From contig CAUVXB020000002.1 in assembly GCA_963555825.3 (NCBI GenBank), forward strand, positions 32,001 through 96,000: 64,000 nt of DNA. Reading direction: 5' to 3'. This DNA is from Alphaproteobacteria bacterium (GTDB taxonomy: Bacteria; Pseudomonadota; Alphaproteobacteria; JAAXGF01). The notes beneath the pieces are model-generated. The model worked only from the letters and a program-made list of their open reading frames with translations, was not told the origin of the DNA and made no database searches. Each line of letters begins with the position of its first letter. Position 1 is the first letter of the stretch. Positions 30,533 to 40,037 of the stretch are shown here, one piece after another. The translations under genes were made by a program, and so were the position numbers.

Positions 30533-30848
30533 ATGTTCGACACCCTCACACCACGCTCCACGACCGGCGAGTTCGAAACCATGCCCTGCGCCCGGCCCGA
30601 TCCCGGCGGGTTCCTGCTGGAAGCCCGGACCGGCACACGCGAAGCTGCAGCTCACATGAAGGATCTGGCGGAACGCTTCGCCGAACTGCGGAACGCCATC
30701 ATGCGTCTGCCCGGCAACCCGTCCTGCGACGACCGCGCCGGGCTCCGCCACCAGCTTCTCCATCTCGGAACACACCTTGATGAGCGCGAGGGGCAGCCTC
30801 GACGACGCCGTCATCGCCATCATGGACGCCAACGACGCGGCCCTTTGA
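30533..30848 (+). CDS. Small hypothetical protein (probable frameshift near 30780)
   Basis: GGAGG RBS; MFDTLTPRS...LAERFAELRNAI. Confidence 0.5.
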
Positions 30849-31037
30849 TGATCCGCGCGGCGGTTGCCGGGCAAAGTCGTGCCAGCGGTTGCCGCCGTGC
30901 GATGCCACCGAACTCTCCGGCCTGCCTCGACCAACGTGCAAGAGAGTTTGAGGAAGGCAAAGAGAAGGGCGACGCGCCCAAGGGAAAAGAGAGTTCCCTC
31001 CGGGCGGTGTCTCAACCCCATCAACCGGAGGTGCCAG

Positions 31038-31229
31038 ATGTTCGATTCCAGACATACCTCGACCGAGTCCAACGACACCCTTTTCAATCCCGGCAGCACA
31101 GGCGATGCCGATCCAGACTTCGCCGCACCGCTTCCCGACGCCGGCGCGCTGCTGGCCGCGGTCGGAATGCCGGCCCACGCGATCCGCGAGGTTCTCGGCT
31201 CCCGGACATATACCGGGGCGGACGGCTGA
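31038..31229 (+). CDS. Small hypothetical protein (63 aa)
   Basis: GGAGGT RBS; MFDSRHTS... Confidence 0.5.
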   Translation: MFDSRHTSTESNDTLFNPGSTGDADPDFAAPLPDAGALLAAVGMPAHAIREVLGSRTYTGADG

Positions 31230-31335
31230 ATAGAGAAAGAGGGGGGCTTAGAGAAGTGTGAAGGGGGAAGGGTCGAGAGAGGCCTGACCCCGTTCGCTAA
31301 CCCGATGTCATAACCCGGATCATAGGAGATTGATC

Positions 31336-31774
31336 ATGTTCGGACTGAATAACGCCCAGTTGATCGGACGCCTCGGCGCCGACGCCACCATCAGCCATCT
31401 CACCAACGGCGGCCGTGTCGCCAACGTCTCGATCGCGACCGACGAAAGCTACCTCGACAAAAACTCGGGCGACAAGGTGGACCGCACCGAGTGGCACCGC
31501 ATCGTCACCTTCCAGGACGGCCTGGTGGAGATGATGGAGAAGCACGCGAAGAAGGGCCGCCTGGTCTACGTCTCGGGCAAGCTGCAGACCCGCAAGTGGC
31601 GCAAGGACGGCGAGGACAGCGACCGGTTCTCGACCGAGATCCTGCTGGTCCCCGGCGGCAGGGTCCAATTCTCTCGATAAGCCGAACGGCAACGGCGCGC
31701 CGGCGATGAACGGCGACGCCGTGCCTTCCGCCGAAACCGCCGCGACGGTGGATGACAGCGAAATTCCGTTCTAG
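31336..31774 (+). CDS. ssb: Single-stranded DNA-binding protein (1-bp frameshift near 31672)
   Basis: LIGRLGAD, RTEWHRIV, GKLQTRKW; correcting the frame restores the acidic tail ...VDDSEIPF*. Confidence 0.92.
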
Positions 31775-31800
31775 CGGGCTTCCTCCCTCCCGCATAACTC

Positions 31801-31847
31801 AGGGCCAGTCCCCGCCAAGTTGGCGTGGGGCTGGCCCTTCTTTTTTG
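31801..31847 (+). terminator. Intrinsic terminator
   Basis: agggccagtcccc...ggggctggccct followed by tctttttt. Confidence 0.8.
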
Positions 31848-32037
31848 CCGGCGCGTTCGAGCCGCCTCCACAGAGTTCCCAAAGCGTTGACGCGGAGCGG
31901 CCGCGCTGCGCGCTCCGCTCCCGCGGCCCTCACCGGCAAGAGTTCGAGGCGGGCCTGAAGGGGGCGTCCCGCAACAGGCACGAGAGGTTCCCCATGCAAC
32001 CGTTTCACGCCATCGCTCCCCTAAGGAATCGCACCCC

Positions 32038-32216
32038 ATGAACGCCACTGAAATTGCCGCTGCGTTAAGCACACGGGCCGAAGACGTATGCCGCCGCTAC
32101 CTTCCCCGCGGACGCAGGCAGGGCAGATACTGGACCATCGGCGACACAAGCGGCGCCAAGGGGCGCTCGCTCTTCGTGCGCCTGGCGCCCCCCGGCATAC
32201 CCGGAAAATGGACCGA
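32038..32216 (+). pseudogene. 5' part of the resident toprim/primase-like gene split by the RIT element
   Basis: MNATEIAAAL..RAEDVCRRYLP.GRRQGRYW..GD..G..GRSLFVRL...GKWT, continuing at 36816. Confidence 0.85.
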
Positions 32217-32395
32217 ATATGTTGCGGTGTTGGTTATGTTGCGTATTCGCGATTGGGTGCATTCCCACAGACGATCGACGTCTTCTAAGCAACATAACGT
32301 CAGCGCATTCGTCCTGAATGAACTGGCCGAGTCCCGAGCATCACCGCTCACCGACGCCATGACCGACCGGCTCAAGGCGGACGGGCGGGGGATGT

Positions 32396-33490
32396 ATGAT
32401 GCCCCGTGACGCTTCCGAGCTGGCGCATCGTCTCGCCCGTGATGCCGAGGCGGTTTGCCGTCGCTACCTGTCCAACGGGCGGCGCCAGGGGCGCTACTGG
32501 ATGGTGGGCGACGTTCGCAATACGCCCGGCCGGTCGATGTTCGTCCGGCTCAGCGGACCGGATTCCGGTCCCGGTGCTGCCGGGCATTGGACCGATGCCG
32601 CAACGACCGAGTATGGCGACCTCCTCGACGTGGTCCGTGAGAGCTGCGGATTCATTGACTTTCGCGACGTCGCCGATGAGGCACGACGCTTCCTGTGTCT
32701 GCCGCGCGCTGAACCGCGGCGTACCCCAAGACCTGCTCGCACACCTGTCCCGGCCGGGTCACGAGAGGCCGCGCAGCGGCTGATCGCCATGTCGCAGCCG
32801 ATCCGCCGGACGCTCGTCGAGACTTATCTGCACAATCGCGGCATCAAGGCTGTTCATGATGCGGGCGCACTGCGGTTTCATCCACGCTGCTACTATCGCC
32901 GGGACGGCAGTCCGCCGACTGAGACCCGACCGGCGATGATCGCTGCCGTTACGGATCTCTCCGGCGCCATCACCGGCGCGCATCGCACTTGGCTCGCGCC
33001 GGACGGCTTCGGCAAGGCGCCCGTCGACACGCCGCGACGAGCCATGGGTAATCTCCTCGGCCATGCCGTCCGCTTTGGCGCGGCCGGCGACGTCCTCGCA
33101 GTCGGCGAAGGCATCGAGACGATGCTGACGCTACGCTTTGCGCTGCCTGCCATGCCGATGGCTGCCGCGCTCTCGGCCAACCACCTTGCCGCCGTTCTGC
33201 TCCCTCTGACGCTGCGTCGACTCTACATCGCCCGCGACGCCGATCCCGCGGGTGACATGGCGCTCGCGGCATTGACCGAACGCGCCGAAGCAGCGGGCAT
33301 TGAGGCGCTAGCCCTCTCTCCGCGGATAAGCGACTTTAACGATGACCTGCGTGCATTCGACCTCGACGCGCTTCGGGCGGCACTGCGCATCCAGCTCGCG
33401 CCGCAGGATATCGTTCACTTCATGCGCTGGGGAACCGCCAGGACGCCGCGATGTAACTCCAGCCTCACAAGGATTTCAGAAAGGCCATGA
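32396..33490 (+). CDS. Toprim-domain (primase-like) protein, passenger inside the RIT
   Basis: AEAVCR.YL.NGRR.GRYW, WTDAAT.E.GDLLD, LRFHP, HRTWL, GEGIET, ARDAD, DFNDDL. Confidence 0.85.
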   Translation: MMPRDASELAHRLARDAEAVCRRYLSNGRRQGRYWMVGDVRNTPGRSMFVRLSGPDSGPGAAGHWTDAATTEYGDLLDVVRESCGFIDFRDVADEARRFLCLPRAEPRRTPRPARTPVPAGSREAAQRLIAMSQPIRRTLVETYLHNRGIKAVHDAGALRFHPRCYYRRDGSPPTETRPAMIAAVTDLSGAITGAHRTWLAPDGFGKAPVDTPRRAMGNLLGHAVRFGAAGDVLAVGEGIETMLTLRFALPAMPMAAALSANHLAAVLLPLTLRRLYIARDADPAGDMALAALTERAEAAGIEALALSPRISDFNDDLRAFDLDALRAALRIQLAPQDIVHFMRWGTARTPRCNSSLTRISERP

Positions 33491-34460
33491 GATCCTTGTC
33501 CTCCTTCCATGAGCGACCGGGTTTTGGCTGACCGACTTCGCAAAGAGCTACAGCGTTGGCTTTCAGCGTGAGGTCTATTTCGGCATAGATGTTGGTGGTG
33601 CTGATCGAGACATGGCCGAGCCAGGCGCGGATGGTATTGATGTCCACGCCGGCGAGAACCAGGTGGCAGGCCGTCGTATGCCGGATCACATGAGGGGTTA
33701 TCGTTCTGCCCGCCAGGGCCGGCACCCGGACCGCGTAACGTTCGACAAGGCGATAAACCCCGAAGCGGGTAAAGGGTGTTCCGAGCCTGCTGACGAACAC
33801 GGCGTCCTCGGCTGCCCGGCCCATGACCTCGTCTGCCAGAACTCGTTCGGTTTCCGGCCACAGCGGGCACTGGCGCGTCTTGCCGCCTTTCCCATGCAGC
33901 GTGGCAAGATCGTGACCACCATTCCCGCACCCGATCTGCAGATCGCGCACCTTCAGTTGCGTGACCTCGGAGACACGCGCCCCGGTGTTGTAGAGAAAGA
34001 GCAGAAGTGCGTATTCGCTGCGCCCCCGCTTGGTCTTGCGGTCGGGCACGGCGAGCATGGCCTCCATGTCCGCCCTGGTCAGCCATCCGACCGGTGGCGA
34101 CACGGACTTCTTCGATGCGATGGCCCGGATATGGCCGCACCATTCGACATGAGCCGGGTCCCGGCTGCCGACGAAGCGGGCAAACGCCCGGATCGCTGCA
34201 AGCCGCTGATTGCGAGTTCGAACGGAACAGCCGCGCTCTTCCTCAAGATGCGCGAGGAACTGTAGCACCAGTTGAGATGTGAGATCTCTCACGGCCAGCC
34301 GGTCCACGGGCTTGCGCAGCTTGCGGCTGACGAACGGCAGGAGCAGGCTGAAGGTGTCGCGATAGCTCGCGCGAGTGTTCCGGGCCAGATTGCGTTCGGT
34401 GACAATGTATTCGACCAGGAAGCGTCGAAGCCAGGGGCCAAGGGTTACGAGTTCACCCAT
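33465..34460 (-). CDS. Tyrosine recombinase RitC
   Basis: TRNQRLAAIR, LYNTGARVSE, GKGGKTR, TPHVIRHT, WLGHVS..TT.IY. Confidence 0.92.
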   Translation of the reverse strand: MGELVTLGPWLRRFLVEYIVTERNLARNTRASYRDTFSLLLPFVSRKLRKPVDRLAVRDLTSQLVLQFLAHLEEERGCSVRTRNQRLAAIRAFARFVGSRDPAHVEWCGHIRAIASKKSVSPPVGWLTRADMEAMLAVPDRKTKRGRSEYALLLFLYNTGARVSEVTQLKVRDLQIGCGNGGHDLATLHGKGGKTRQCPLWPETERVLADEVMGRAAEDAVFVSRLGTPFTRFGVYRLVERYAVRVPALAGRTITPHVIRHTTACHLVLAGVDINTIRAWLGHVSISTTNIYAEIDLTLKANAVALCEVGQPKPGRSWKEDKDLMAFLKSL

Positions 34461-35403
34461 CCTGGCCTCCTCCCGCATAGTGCGCAAAACGCAGCGATGC
34501 CTGCTGCAGAAGCTCCGGCGTCATCGACAGATAGATCTTCGTACCTTCCAGATCGGAGTGGCCGAGATAGGTGGCAAGCACCGGCAGCAGCCGCTGCACA
34601 TCCGCCCCCTCGCGATACCAGGCGGTCAGCCTGTGAACCGCGAAGGAGTGCCTGAGATCATGCATACGAGGAACCCGGCAGCCGCTTCTTCTGCCGTGGA
34701 CCCCGGCGATGCGCCGCAGCGCATCGAATGCGGCCTGAACGGTGCTGCTGGCGAGCTGCGTGCCGTCACGGTTCGCCAGAAGGAAGGCAGTCTCGTCCTG
34801 CGCAGGCCCGCCGCGCCGCTGCAGAAGCATGTAGTCCGCCAGCACCATTGCGAGTTGCGGTCCGACAGGGACCAACCGGCTCTTGTAGAACTTCGTGACG
34901 CGTATGGTCAGGATGGCTTCCGCCAGATCGACATCCGCCAGCGTGAGCCGCGTGGCTTCGCTGAAGCGCAACCCTGCTCCGTACAATAGAAGAAGCAGGG
35001 TGCGGAATGTGACCGCGTCGAGTTGCACGGCGCCGCGCCGACTGGTCTCAATGATCGCGGGGTCAAGAAGCCGCCGCAGCTCGTCGCGCGAGTAGATGTA
35101 GGGCGGCGCACGCACGGGCGACCTCGGCTCGTTGTCCGGTAGTGGCGAGCGGGTCGCATGGCCACGGCTGATCGCATGACGCCAGAAGCCGGCAAGGCTG
35201 TAATACTTGTTCTCGCGGTGCCGGGTCAGCGGTCCCGCGCCCGCCAGAAAGGCCAAAACCTGCGCTGTGCTGACCGCGTCACATTCGGCGTCCCCATCGG
35301 CATGTCGGAGGAGTTGACGCAGCAGGTTCGCCCCGCTCGTGAACTTGGCGCCATGGGCCTTTCGCCAAAGGATGTATCGCTCGATCGCCTCGCGCAGCGT
35401 CAT
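34453..35403 (-). CDS. Tyrosine recombinase RitB
   Basis: PYIYS, LYGAGLRFSE, TKFYKSR, HDLRHSFAV, YLGH, T.IYL; starts MTLREAI, overlapping the ritA stop. Confidence 0.92.
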   Translation of the reverse strand: MTLREAIERYILWRKAHGAKFTSGANLLRQLLRHADGDAECDAVSTAQVLAFLAGAGPLTRHRENKYYSLAGFWRHAISRGHATRSPLPDNEPRSPVRAPPYIYSRDELRRLLDPAIIETSRRGAVQLDAVTFRTLLLLLYGAGLRFSEATRLTLADVDLAEAILTIRVTKFYKSRLVPVGPQLAMVLADYMLLQRRGGPAQDETAFLLANRDGTQLASSTVQAAFDALRRIAGVHGRRSGCRVPRMHDLRHSFAVHRLTAWYREGADVQRLLPVLATYLGHSDLEGTKIYLSMTPELLQQASLRFAHYAGGGQDG

Positions 35404-36650
35404 GCCAGGCCCTCCAAGTCGAGGGCCGCAACCTCGCGGAGGGCAGCGAGATTGACCTTGGCGTAAATCGCGGTGGAGGACGGGTCGCGGTGCCCGAGAA
35501 AGTCCCCGATCACCTTCATGGACATGCCCTGATCCAGAAGATGCTGGGCCGCGGCATGGCGCAAGGCATGTGTGCCGCGGCGACCTGTAACGATACCGAT
35601 GCCTGCGAGACGATCGCGGACGATCTTGCACAGGGTCTTTCTGCCAACCGGTCGGATGGGCGCGTGCGATGTGTAGAAGAGGCTGCGCCCGAGGCCGGTC
35701 GGGCGGCCTTCCCGTATGTAGCGCAGAATGGCATTGCCGACGTCCGGCGAGAGAGGCCAGACATGGGTCCGGCCCGTCTTCGGGCAGCGAACCCGAATGA
35801 TCTCGTTCTCCCAGTCCAGATCGTCCAGTCGCAGGCCGACGACTTCCCCGGCCCGCAGCCCGTAAGCAACAAAGAGCATGAGGATCGCGCAGTCGCGCTT
35901 GTCGACCGGGCGATCCCCCTGAACTGAAGCCAGCAGACGCACAACATCTTCGCGCCTGACGCCCTTCGGCACGGTCTCGTCTGCCATGAACCGGGGCCCA
36001 ATGATCCCTCTGGCAAGACCCACCCGACACAACCCGTGCGCCTCTGCGAAGAGGAAGAACGCCCTCAGTCGCTGCGCGTAATCGTGTATCGTCCTCCGGC
36101 TCCAGGCTCCCCGCCTGTGCTCTGCCGAAACTGCATCGTCGATGTCGCCCATCTGGACGGCGTCCAGCGATGTGCCTCTCTCTGCGAGCCAAAAGAAGAA
36201 AAGGTCGGCGGCGCGGCAATAGTCTTGTATCGTCGCATCGGACAGGCCGCGCTCCCGGCGCATCCATTCCTCAAAGATCGTGACCTCGGCGTGATGCGGA
36301 TGGCGCTCGCGTTCAGGTTCGTCGAGCCAGCCCAGAAAACGCAGCCACTGGACTCCGCTGCTGGCAAACTGTTTGCGCGCCTTGGTGGAAGCCGCCCGGT
36401 CGCATCTGCGCCCTCTCGGTCGTGCCCAGATCGCCGCTGCAGCCTCGATCCGGGGAATGCTGACCCTGTCGCCCTCTTGTAAATCCAGAATCCGGACAAG
36501 GTTGAGCTGGGCGTTGGCCCATTTGCGCAGGGTGCTTCGACAAGAGCCGACTTCCCTGAGATGGTGAAGGTATCGCTTCCGCTGCTCGGCCAGCGGCGCG
36601 GCCTCGTACTTGGTGATGAATGCGGGAAGGATGAAGAGTTCGTCGAACAT
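35400..36650 (-). CDS. Tyrosine recombinase RitA
   Basis: YGLRAGEV, HALRH, FLGHR, T.IYAKV; GGAGGT RBS. Confidence 0.92.
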   Translation of the reverse strand: MFDELFILPAFITKYEAAPLAEQRKRYLHHLREVGSCRSTLRKWANAQLNLVRILDLQEGDRVSIPRIEAAAAIWARPRGRRCDRAASTKARKQFASSGVQWLRFLGWLDEPERERHPHHAEVTIFEEWMRRERGLSDATIQDYCRAADLFFFWLAERGTSLDAVQMGDIDDAVSAEHRRGAWSRRTIHDYAQRLRAFFLFAEAHGLCRVGLARGIIGPRFMADETVPKGVRREDVVRLLASVQGDRPVDKRDCAILMLFVAYGLRAGEVVGLRLDDLDWENEIIRVRCPKTGRTHVWPLSPDVGNAILRYIREGRPTGLGRSLFYTSHAPIRPVGRKTLCKIVRDRLAGIGIVTGRRGTHALRHAAAQHLLDQGMSMKVIGDFLGHRDPSSTAIYAKVNLAALREVAALDLEGLA

Positions 36651-36789
36651 GATCGTACCTCCGTAAAGATGGAGTTCCGATCATGCCAGCGGCGCCGCGT
36701 CGTACCATTATGTTGCGGTGATTGTGACGCCTGCCAGACCGGATGGGTCCGGCACGAGCCACAGCAACATAATGAGCACCGCAACATAT

Positions 36790-36821
36790 TCGGTCTTATG
36801 TGCAATTCAACATAAGACCGA
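36790..36821. repeat. Palindromic recombination-site-like motif (12-8-12)
   Basis: TCGGTCTTATGT-gcaattca-ACATAAGACCGA, with perfect arms. Confidence 0.8.
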
Positions 36822-37679
36822 CGCGCGACCAACGAGCATGGCGATCTGCTCGATCTCATCCGTCTGCACACCGGCGGAGCATCGCTGCGGCACGCCATGG
36901 AGGAGGCCCTCGCATTCCTCTCATTGCCGCGATCCGCTCCCGCAAATGCCGGAGATCACGCCGGCGGCTATGACCGTGAAGAAGCAGCACGCCGCCTCTG
37001 GCGCCGCTGCCGGCCCATCGATGGCACCCATGCGGAAGCCTACCTGCACGCCCGCGCCATCGGCCATTGCCGCTTCCCGGCCCTGCGGTTTCATCCCGAT
37101 CTCATCCATCGCGACGATGATGGCATCCACCGCCTCCCGGCACTGGTCGCCGCCGTCACCGGCGATGACGGCGCCGTCGAGGGTGTTCAGCGTACCTGGC
37201 TCGACCCCAAGCGTCCCGCAAAAGCCAACCTCGCCCGCCCGCGCAAGGCGCTCGGGCGCGTCCACGGCCGGGCCGTGCGCTTCGGCGGGTCCGCCTCGGG
37301 CGCGACCCTGCTTGCCGGCGAAGGCATCGAAACCGTTCTTTCATTAGTAACCGCCGTCCCCGGCATTCATGCCGCGGCGGCTCTATCGGCGGGCAGCCTC
37401 GGCGCCTTCGAACCGCCCCAAGACCTCGCCCTGTTGGTCATCGCCCGCGATAAAGACGTGGAGGGCGGGCACGCCGCGAACCGTCTTCAGCGCCGTTGCG
37501 TGGAACGTGGCATTCCCTCAATCGTGATCGTTCCCGAATGCTCTGATTTTAATGACGACCTCGTTGCCTTCGGAGAAGAAACCCTTGCGGCCCGGATCGC
37601 GCCCCTTATTGCAAGCTCCAAGTCCGCGGCAACGGTGGAAGAGAGGCGTGGGAGTGGGAGAATAATTAACCCGTCATGA
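36816..37679 (+). pseudogene. 3' part of the resident toprim/primase-like gene
   Basis: TDA.TNEHGDLLDLIRL...LRFHP...QRTWL...GEGIET...DFNDDL. Confidence 0.85.
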
Positions 37680-37966
37680 TGTCTCATTGTCCCACACGTT
37701 CTCACTGCGCCAACCCCTGCGGGGTCCTCCACTCCGCTTCGCTCCGTTACGGCGATAGCGCGCAATGCCACGCCGCTGCGCGGCTAGCGCCGGTGGAATA
37801 CGCGACCGTGGCTCAGTCGCTGCGCTCCCTGCGCCCGCACCACTCGCGCATCCCCCCGGCGCAGGCATTCCGGCCATCGTGGCTCCGCTGCGAGCGCGTG
37901 ACCCAAAGAGTCATCACGACGGGGCAGCCCGCCTCGGAGGATAGCAACATTGCAGTGGAGAGAATC

Positions 37967-38900
37967 ATGCAAGACTTCATCAGCACCGAAACGTCGTCAC
38001 AGACCGCAATGGCTTGCGAACAGGCCGCCCTGTTCGGCGCGACCCCTGGTCCCGAAGAGTTCGACAATCGCGAGATCTGGAACGAGGACGAGGCGCTTGC
38101 CGGGATCGAGGAAGCGATCCACATTCTGGCCGGCGCCGTCGCACCGGACGGCACGCAGCTCGCCGACGAACGCGAGAGCCTGCTCTGGGGCTTCGTCAAT
38201 ACGCTGCACGCCCAGGTCCAGCGCCTCGACCGCGGCATCGACAAGATCGCGCCCGAGATGAAAGACCTCGGCCAGGAACAGGACGGCTCCGAGATCAAGT
38301 CGCGCGAACTGGAACTCCTCACCGACCGGGTCCAGAACCTCGGCGACCGCCGCGACGCCTTCGAGGCCATGCGCGACCTCGCCGCCGAGGGATACCGCGC
38401 CGAGACCGGCGACACCTGGCGCCCGCGCAACGGATCGCACAGCAGCCAGACCGGCAAACTCACCTCAGCCGCCATCGACGCCCGCGACTACCTGCGCGCC
38501 CGTGAACACCGCGAGACCTCCGCGCATCTGCCCGAGGGCACCCTGGTCGCCTTCACCGGCGGCAAGGACTTCGGCGACGTCACCGCCATCTGGCGCTCGC
38601 TGGACAGCATCAAGATCAAGTACGACGATATGGTCCTGCTGCACGGCGGCGGACCCGGCGCGGAGAAGATCGCGGCAAGCTGGGCGGAGAAGAACGGCGT
38701 GCACCAGGTCGTCTGCAAGCCGAACTGGGACCGGGACGGCAAGGCCGCGCCCTTCCGGCGCAACGACGTCCTGCTGAACTTCCTGCCGAAGGGCCTCCTC
38801 GCCTTCCCCCGGGAACAATATGATCTCGGGCATCACGAATAACTTAATGATCGACAAGGCACGCAAGATCGGAATCCCCGTCCTTCTCGCCGCCGCGTAA
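37967..38900 (+). CDS. DUF2493 (YspA/SLOG-like) protein, frameshifted near the 3' end
   Basis: C-terminal VAFTGG.DF...DMVLLHGG..GAEKIA..WA...APFRRND...AFP; tail DKARKIGIPV in another frame. Confidence 0.8.
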
Positions 38901-39070
38901 CGGTACCCTTCAGGGCCGGCCCCCGCCATCATCCGGCCCACGGCGGAGGACCGGCCCCTTTTTTATGCCGTGGTGCATAAAGTCACGGCCCTACTCGGCA
39001 TTATTCTCGCCGCCGCGTAGCGACACCCTTCCGGTCCCCCACTCGGCGCGGGACCGGTCCCTTTTTTTGC
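38884..39070 (+). repeat. Diverged tandem repeat (about 120-bp period), each unit ending in a terminator-like hairpin
   Basis: ttctcgccgccgcgta..cccttc at 38884 and 39004, each followed by ggaccgg.ccc and a T-run. Confidence 0.65.
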
Positions 39071-39332
39071 CGGTTTGCTAAAGACGAAGTCCGCGGGGCA
39101 ACCGTGCGAGCTTACGCTCGCTGGCGGCTCCTCGTTCTTCGAACGATGCATCGCCGCCTATCGGCTCGGCGCTTCGCGCCATCGCCGTACGCGGGCGCTG
39201 AAGCGCCACGCTAGCGCCCGGCCATCCCCCATTGCAACTTCATTATTCGCACCCCGAAAACCGCCATGACGGACCGCCGTTCTTCGAACGCCGCTTCCTT
39301 GCTTTGCGAACCCATATGCGCCGTCATTCGGT

Positions 39333-39635
39333 TCAGAACGGATCACTGCCTTCTTCCGACACCATGGCCCTGGCGGCCTCGGCAACCTTCCTTCCCGGCA
39401 ACACGCCCTTGGTCAGAAACGTCCGCAGACTGCGCTCCGTGATATCGATGCCGCCCGATTTCAACACCTCATGCATCTGAGCCACCGTAACCCCCTTGGC
39501 CTGTTGCTCGACCAGCCGCTTCCGCAAACGGTCCAGCACATCCGTCAGGCTCAGCTTCGGCGGCACAAGTTTCGCCAATTCCCCATCTATGGCATCGAAG
39601 TCGATATCCGCTTCGTTGAAGCGTTTCGCCGGCAT
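39333..39635 (-). CDS. Small protein divergent from the relaxase (putative relaxosome accessory / StbA-like)
   Basis: GGGAG RBS; L.....GVT..Q..E.L...GIDI...SLRTFL pattern; position next to oriT. Confidence 0.6.
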   Translation of the reverse strand: MPAKRFNEADIDFDAIDGELAKLVPPKLSLTDVLDRLRKRLVEQQAKGVTVAQMHEVLKSGGIDITERSLRTFLTKGVLPGRKVAEAARAMVSEEGSDPF

Positions 39636-40037
39636 CGTCCATCTCCCCGCTGTTTCCAGAATTCGCAATCAGGCCCGGATTCTGCCATTGGCCCGACAGC
39701 CGGTCAATTCCGCCATTCGACGGCCATTTCAAGTGTGCCGCCCCGTTCCAAGGCAGGGCCAAATTCCCCTTGATCTCCGATCATGCAGTCTATATCCTCT
39801 CGCGGAAACATCAGAGAGAGTATAAGCCTTCTCACACCTCTGCACCATTGGTGCTTTGATCTCGATAAATGTAGTTAACTTTCCCCTGATTTGTAAAGAT
39901 CGCACGGCCATTTCGTTAAACCTCTGTAAAATACAGGAATTCCCAAGGCTGGAATCATGAGATACAACAGTCATATTCCGGCTGTACTCCGGCCAGGTTG
40001 TATCCCTATCCGGCAACGTCGTTACCGGGCTGGCGTC
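39636..40037. promoter_or_regulatory. Putative oriT and divergent promoters
   Basis: AT-richer intergenic region between the accessory gene and the relaxase; nic site not identified. Confidence 0.5.

Larger units (their letters stand above)
32211..36815 (-). mobile_element. RIT (recombinase-in-trio) element with a passenger gene
   Basis: Three overlapping tyrosine recombinases; terminal IR GACCGAATATGTTGCGGTG....TTATGTTGC at 32211 and inverted ending at 36795; GACCGA repeated at 36816-36821. Confidence 0.9.

Noticed and set aside
32211-32300. CRISPR-like or iteron repeats (TATGTTGC)
   Set aside because: Few, short and in mixed orientation; they are explained as RIT end sites. No CRISPR array or cas gene was seen anywhere in the window.
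34453-36267. 604-aa recombinase ORF
   Set aside because: The N-terminal half is an off-frame overlap with ritA; the real start is 35403.
39780-39830. GTCTATA as an R388-like nic site
   Set aside because: The match is too short and the adjacent inverted repeat is imperfect, so nic cannot be placed.
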